Source of the DNA: a bacterium
GTDB taxonomy: Bacteria; JAJVIF01
Direction: 5' to 3'
Length of the DNA: 64,000 bases
Assembly (NCBI GenBank): GCA_022072165.1
Contig: JAJVIF010000004.1
Location: 79,667-143,666 of the forward strand
A program made the translations under genes and the position numbers. Shown here in pieces: positions 59,159 to 64,000 of the stretch (position 1 is the stretch's first letter; the number at the start of each line of letters is the position of its first letter). Under the pieces are notes generated by a model. The model searched no databases and was not told where the DNA came from. It saw only the letters and a program-made list of their open reading frames with translations.

Positions 59159-60055
59159 TTAGGGCGTCCGGGATCGGCTGGCGCGACGGGTATCCCAGGC
59201 AATGACCCCGAGGCCACCCAAGGTCAGGACCATCCCGAGCCCCTGCACAGGCGTGAAGCGTTCCCCAAGCAAGAGGGTCGCCAGCATCAGCGCTGATAAG
59301 GGGATCAGCAACGTCACCAACAGGGTATTAGTGGGGCCGGCACTCTGGAGGAGTGAGAAGTAAAGGAGATACGCGATCCCAGTACACATGACACCAAGCG
59401 CCAGGACCGCCCAGAGCAGGGTCGCCGAGGGCATCGGCAAGTTCCAGGGGGGCGAGACGATGAGGATCACCGGGAGGAGGGTCGCGGCGGTGCAGATGAG
59501 CGAACCGGTGGCTGTGACAGTCGATGGCAGGTGCACGAAGCGACGTCCCCACAACCCCGCGACCGCATAGAGCCCCGCACCGATGACCACTGCCAGCGCG
59601 CCGATGACGGCATCGAGATTCCCCTCCATCGCTTCCGGCCCGGCAATAGCGCCGACTCCTCCAATGCCCAGGAGGAGTCCAAGGACCCGCAGTGGGGTGA
59701 GAGGCTCCTGCCGGGTATACCAGTGCCCGAGGGCCGCACTGAACAGGGGAGTCGTGCTGTTGAGCAATGAGGCCAAACCAGCGCCGACAAACGCCTGCCC
59801 CCAGAAAATGAGGGAGAAGGGGAGGATGATGTTGATCAGGCCCATGATGACCCAGTCGCGCCAGACTATTCCAATAGCGGGGAGCCGATGCCCCTGCAAG
59901 CGCATGATGACCCAGAGCATCGCGGCCGCGATGCAGGTTCTGGCGAAGATGAACCACTGCAGGGGCCATTCCCGGAGGGTCAGTTCGCCAAAGTAAAACG
60001 ACGAGCCCCAGATGAGGCCGAGCAGGAGCAACTGTCCCCATTCGAGCGGGGTCAT
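59159..60055 (-). CDS. DMT-family (EamA-like) transporter
   Basis: About 10 hydrophobic helices; start placed at MTPLEWGQLLLLGLIWGSSF. Confidence 0.7.
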   Translation of the reverse strand: MTPLEWGQLLLLGLIWGSSFYFGELTLREWPLQWFIFARTCIAAAMLWVIMRLQGHRLPAIGIVWRDWVIMGLINIILPFSLIFWGQAFVGAGLASLLNSTTPLFSAALGHWYTRQEPLTPLRVLGLLLGIGGVGAIAGPEAMEGNLDAVIGALAVVIGAGLYAVAGLWGRRFVHLPSTVTATGSLICTAATLLPVILIVSPPWNLPMPSATLLWAVLALGVMCTGIAYLLYFSLLQSAGPTNTLLVTLLIPLSALMLATLLLGERFTPVQGLGMVLTLGGLGVIAWDTRRASRSRTP

Positions 60056-60086
60056 TGGTCGCGGCGAGTTGATAACAGGTGGAGTG

Positions 60087-61328
60087 TCAGACACCGGGGT
60101 CCCGCAGGAGACCCACGAGGTCCAGGATCGGGCGTGTCCAGGCGCTGACAGGCAGATCGCGATAGACCTGATGCTTCACAAGAATCACGACCAGGTCCTG
60201 CTGCAGCACTTCTTCCAGCGATGCTCCCACGAGGGAGGTCGGCACCACCGCGAGCGGATCGTGCACCAGGACTGTTCCCGGACGTTCATCGGTGCAACGT
60301 TGCGCGATATGCAGCGCGGGGGACTCCCGCAGGTCGGCGACATCTGGCTTATAGGTCAGCCCCAGGAAGCCGAGTGTGGTCGAGGGGCTCACGCGGTCGG
60401 CCATCGCCAGAATCTGCGTGGTGACCCACTCGGTTTTGTACTCATTGACACGGCGCGCTGTCCGGATGAGATTGGCATCGGTCGGAGCGGCGTCCACCAG
60501 AAACCAGGGATCGACTCCGATGCAATGCCCGCCAACTCCGATGCCTGGCTCCAGAATGCGGACCCGGGGGTGGTGGTTGGCGAGGGCAATGACCTGAAAT
60601 GGGTCCACTCCCAGATGGGCCGCGATGAGGCTCACTTCGTTGGCGAAGGCGATATTGACATCGCGATAGGCGTTCTCGACCAGCTTCACGGTCTCCGCGG
60701 TGGTGGCATCGGAAATCAGCAGCTGACCCGACACGAAGCGCCCATAGAACCCTGCCGCGGCAGCGCTCGCTTCAGGAGTCGTGCCGCCCAGAATCCGGTC
60801 ATTGGCGCGCAATTCTTCCAGCAGTCGCCCTGGCAGAACCCGTTCCGGGCAATAGGCCAGATGGAAGTCGACCCCGGGGGTGAGTCCGCTCCCCTGGGCG
60901 AGGATCGGTGCCAGGATCTGGGTCGTGGTGCGGGGCGGCGAGGTCGATTCGAGGATCACCAGACATCCTGAAGTCAGGTGGGGCGCAATGGCCGCACCGG
61001 CCGCTTCCACCATCCGCAAATCAGGGGCTTTGTTTTCAAGAAACGGTGTCGGGACCGCGATCAGAAACGTCCGTGCGGGTACCGGTGTCGTTTGCGCCGT
61101 GAGCTGTCCCGAGGCGACCGCTGTTCCAACGAGGGCTGACAGCGCGGGTTCCGGGAAATGGGGAATCCCGGCGTTCACCGATTCCACGATGGCGGCATCG
61201 ATGTCGACTCCCACGACTCGCAACCCAGTGCTGGCCGCCAGCGCTGCGGTTGGCAGGCCGATATAGCCGAGGCCTACGACACACAGGTCGATAGTCGTGC
61301 TGGCGGTGGTGTCAGACGTTGGAGTCAC
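60087..61328 (-). CDS. nucleotide-sugar dehydrogenase (UDP-glucose/UDP-ManNAc dehydrogenase family)
   Basis: N-terminal Rossmann VVGLGYIGLPTA, catalytic region GGHCIGVDPWFL. Confidence 0.85.
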   Translation of the reverse strand: MTPTSDTTASTTIDLCVVGLGYIGLPTAALAASTGLRVVGVDIDAAIVESVNAGIPHFPEPALSALVGTAVASGQLTAQTTPVPARTFLIAVPTPFLENKAPDLRMVEAAGAAIAPHLTSGCLVILESTSPPRTTTQILAPILAQGSGLTPGVDFHLAYCPERVLPGRLLEELRANDRILGGTTPEASAAAAGFYGRFVSGQLLISDATTAETVKLVENAYRDVNIAFANEVSLIAAHLGVDPFQVIALANHHPRVRILEPGIGVGGHCIGVDPWFLVDAAPTDANLIRTARRVNEYKTEWVTTQILAMADRVSPSTTLGFLGLTYKPDVADLRESPALHIAQRCTDERPGTVLVHDPLAVVPTSLVGASLEEVLQQDLVVILVKHQVYRDLPVSAWTRPILDLVGLLRDPGV

Positions 61329-61365
61329 AGCGCCGGGGATTATCCCATCCTGCTAGACTGGAGCT

Positions 61366-62163
61366 ATGACTACGGACACCTCGCCGCTCACCGACCTCCT
61401 GACCCGCATCGAATCCACCCTCCGCGCCGGCGATTTCTCAGGCGCAAAAGCCCTGCTCGACAACGCGCAGGATCTCGCCGCCAGCGCCGATCCGCTGACC
61501 CAGGCCCGCGTGCAGAAGCTCCTGGGGGACTTTTGGCGCTACCAGAGCAATCCCTATGAAGCAGCGAGCCTGTACGAGCAGGTCCTGGGTGCCGCGACTG
61601 CGGCGGGGGATCAGCGACTTCTGGCTGACACGCAGCTGGCCTATGGGCGGCTCAAGATGCCCCAGGGTCAGCAGGACCTCGCCTGGGGGCTGTATGAAGC
61701 CGCAGGCGCGATCTATGCTGCTCTCGGCGAGCCGGGCCTGCAGGGGCAGACGCTGGCGGGACAGGGGGATGTGGCGTTTCATCGGGGCGATGCGGCCACC
61801 GCCCGGGCGCTGTTTGATCAGGCGCTGACGCTCTGTCGGCAGGGAGAAGATGCCCTGGGTGAGGCGCACACGCTGAAATCGCTGGGGCGTCTGATTCAAC
61901 AGCAGGAGGGGGCCGAGGCGGCTCTCGTCACACTCAAGGCGAGTGTGGAGGCGTATCAGAGATCGGGCTTCAAGTACGGGGAGGCGTTTACCTGGCAGTA
62001 TTACGCCCAGGTCCTGGGGCAGGAGCGGCGGCTGCCGGAAGCCTCAGAAGCGCTGGGGCAGGCGGCGGATCTTTTCCACGCGATCGGCTTGCCGGGTCAG
62101 GAAGGCCGGATGCGCGATTTCAAGGCGCAGGTCGATGCAGCCATCGCGGACGGTCTGAGATAA
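61366..62163 (+). CDS. TPR-repeat protein
   Basis: Repeated helical hairpin pattern (LGDFWRYQSNPYEAASLYEQVL..., LAYGRLKMPQGQQDLAWGLYEAA...). Confidence 0.55.
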   Translation: MTTDTSPLTDLLTRIESTLRAGDFSGAKALLDNAQDLAASADPLTQARVQKLLGDFWRYQSNPYEAASLYEQVLGAATAAGDQRLLADTQLAYGRLKMPQGQQDLAWGLYEAAGAIYAALGEPGLQGQTLAGQGDVAFHRGDAATARALFDQALTLCRQGEDALGEAHTLKSLGRLIQQQEGAEAALVTLKASVEAYQRSGFKYGEAFTWQYYAQVLGQERRLPEASEALGQAADLFHAIGLPGQEGRMRDFKAQVDAAIADGLR

Positions 62164-62179
62164 GCGAAAAGGGGCTGAC

Positions 62180-63163
62180 CTATAGCCCGGCCTGGAGGAG
62201 ATCCAGCAGCCGGATCAGCCCCAGCACCCGGTCGTCGTCATCGACCACCGGCGCTTGCTGATGCTGACGCTCCCGCATTCGTTCGAGTACGACACTCGCC
62301 AGTTCATTCGGATACGCCCGCTTCGGATTCGGGGTCATCACGTCACTGACCGGCAGGGCGAAGGTCGCTTCGATGGTCCGGTCGCGACTCCGGTCCAGGG
62401 TGCGACGGACATCGCCATCAGTCAGGAACCCCGCGAGACGGCCATCCGGATGCTGGATCATGATCGCCCCGAGATGGGTCCGGGTGAGCGCATCGATGGC
62501 CTGCCCAAAGGTGCTCGCGACCGGGAGCATCGCGGCGGTCGCGCCATCGTGCATCACATCTTCCACCCGGAGTAGCAGGCGTTTCCCCAGCGTGCCTCCC
62601 GGATGAAACTGCGCGAAATCAGCCGCTGAGAGCCCCCGCTCTTCGAACAGCACGATCGCCAGGGCATCGCCGAAGGCCATCAGCGCCGTGGTCGATGTGG
62701 AGGGGACCAGATTGTGGGGGTCCGCTTCGGCGGGGACACCGATGTTGCAGACCAGGTCGCAGGCCCGGGCGAGCGTGGAGTCCGGACGTCCCGTGAGGGC
62801 GACCAGCCGCACCTGACGTCGGCGCAGGCTCGGCAATAACTGCAGCAGTTCTTCGGTGGTCCCGGAATTGGAGATCAGCAGGACCAGGTCGCCATCCTGG
62901 ACCAGCCCAAGGTCGCCGTGGAACCCTTCAGCGGGCGACAGAAAGTATGCGGGAGTGGCGAGGGACTGGAGCGTCGCGGTGATTTTGCGTCCTACCAGTC
63001 CGCTTTTCCCCATCCCCATCAGGATGATCCGGCCGCGACACTGCAGACAGTCATCCACCAGGGTGGCGAAGGTCTCATCGAGTTGGGCCGCGACCTGCTG
63101 GAGGCCCTCAGCCTCGGCGGTCAGGATGGCCCGTGCCCGGGTGAGACGGTCAATGGCGTTCAT
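62180..63163 (-). CDS. kpsF: KpsF/GutQ-family arabinose-5-phosphate isomerase (SIS + CBS domains)
   Basis: SIS domain GRIILMGMGKSGLVGRKI...LLISNSGTTEE, followed by CBS pair. Confidence 0.85.
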   Translation of the reverse strand: MNAIDRLTRARAILTAEAEGLQQVAAQLDETFATLVDDCLQCRGRIILMGMGKSGLVGRKITATLQSLATPAYFLSPAEGFHGDLGLVQDGDLVLLISNSGTTEELLQLLPSLRRRQVRLVALTGRPDSTLARACDLVCNIGVPAEADPHNLVPSTSTTALMAFGDALAIVLFEERGLSAADFAQFHPGGTLGKRLLLRVEDVMHDGATAAMLPVASTFGQAIDALTRTHLGAIMIQHPDGRLAGFLTDGDVRRTLDRSRDRTIEATFALPVSDVMTPNPKRAYPNELASVVLERMRERQHQQAPVVDDDDRVLGLIRLLDLLQAGL

Positions 63164-63198
63164 GAGCGCATTGAAGCACAGAGGTGTCGGCGAGTTTG

Positions 63199-63744
63199 TC
63201 AGTCATCGGGCAGCTCCGGCAGCGCGATGTCCCGCCAGCGCAGGGAGGGATACCCGAGGTCCTGGGCGAAGTAGGCCAGCAGCGGTGCGCGGCACTCTTT
63301 CCGCATAACGCCGCCGATCACTTCGGGGAGTCGCTGGACCGTGTCGGGGTCATTCGGCCGGGGGGCGAGGATCGCGGGATTGGTCAGGATGTCGAGGGCG
63401 GTGCCGCAGGCCCCAAGAATGAGGTCGTACTCACCAAAAACCACCCGTCCGATGCGGTAGTGAAGGATCGCGCCGCTGCACATGGCGCAGGGCTCCAGTG
63501 TGGAGTAGAGGGTAATGTCCTGGAGATTGAGATTGGTGGCCTCCGGGAGTCCCAGGGCGCGTAAACAGGCCATTTCCGCATGGCAGGTGAGATCGTTGAG
63601 GGCGTGGCGAAGGTTATGTCCCCTGGCGATGATTACGCCATCCCGGACCGCCACTGACCCGATCGGGACTTCCCCTTCGGCCAGTCCCTGATGGGCTTCC
63701 GCGACGGCCTGCTGCATCAGGGCGAGATCGTTGGGTGTCAGCAT
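63199..63744 (-). CDS. tadA: tRNA-specific adenosine deaminase
   Basis: HAEMACL and PCAMCSGAI zinc-binding deaminase motifs; start placed at MLTPNDLALMQQA. Confidence 0.8.
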   Translation of the reverse strand: MLTPNDLALMQQAVAEAHQGLAEGEVPIGSVAVRDGVIIARGHNLRHALNDLTCHAEMACLRALGLPEATNLNLQDITLYSTLEPCAMCSGAILHYRIGRVVFGEYDLILGACGTALDILTNPAILAPRPNDPDTVQRLPEVIGGVMRKECRAPLLAYFAQDLGYPSLRWRDIALPELPDD

Positions 63745-64000
63745 GAGAGGGATTGTACCGGGGCGGACCTGGGGTCCTTTGAGAGTCATAAACTCTGACT
63801 CAATCTGGATGGTATGTCAGCGAAATGGTGGCCGATAGTGGCTCCAGGCCGCATGCACACCGGACAGGGTGACATCTGTGTAAGAGGAGCCCGGTGAGGG
63901 ATGGTTCCGGGAGCACGAGCGTGGTAGGTTAGAAGTCCTGCGCTTGTTGCTTCGCCACACTCTGTCCGTAGTACTGTCACGAAAGCAGGCACACGATGGC

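Overview
High-GC (roughly 65-68% judged by eye, not computed) gene-dense bacterial chromosomal window, probably from a diderm organism (TamB, MCE and many lipobox lipoproteins). I call about 55 protein-coding genes and one tRNA-Val; no rRNA, CRISPR array, integrase or transposase was recognised. Housekeeping content: nhaA (partial), a UvrD-family helicase, leuD-like, an MlaF-like ATPase/MCE/TamB envelope operon, khpB/jag, atpG and atpD, korAB, photolyase, a grpE-domain gene, comM/yifB, kpsF and tadA. The most interesting candidate is a minus-strand block (42.9-50.6 kb) with three cassettes of a signal-peptide Cys-rich small protein followed by a lipoprotein, arranged around a secreted tandem M16 peptidase. 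Other points worth a second look: two dinucleotide microsatellites at the same offset upstream of secreted-protein operons, a UvrD helicase with an embedded DnaQ-like exonuclease domain, an ADP-ribosylglycohydrolase/UDG-like gene pair, a DUF433/DUF5615 toxin-antitoxin-like pair, atpG and atpD separated by a block carrying a Fic protein, and a ~300-bp GC-rich palindromic repeat present twice in inverted orientation about 20 kb apart. All calls rest on reading the six-frame translations by eye; no database search or computation was run, and start codons are approximate.
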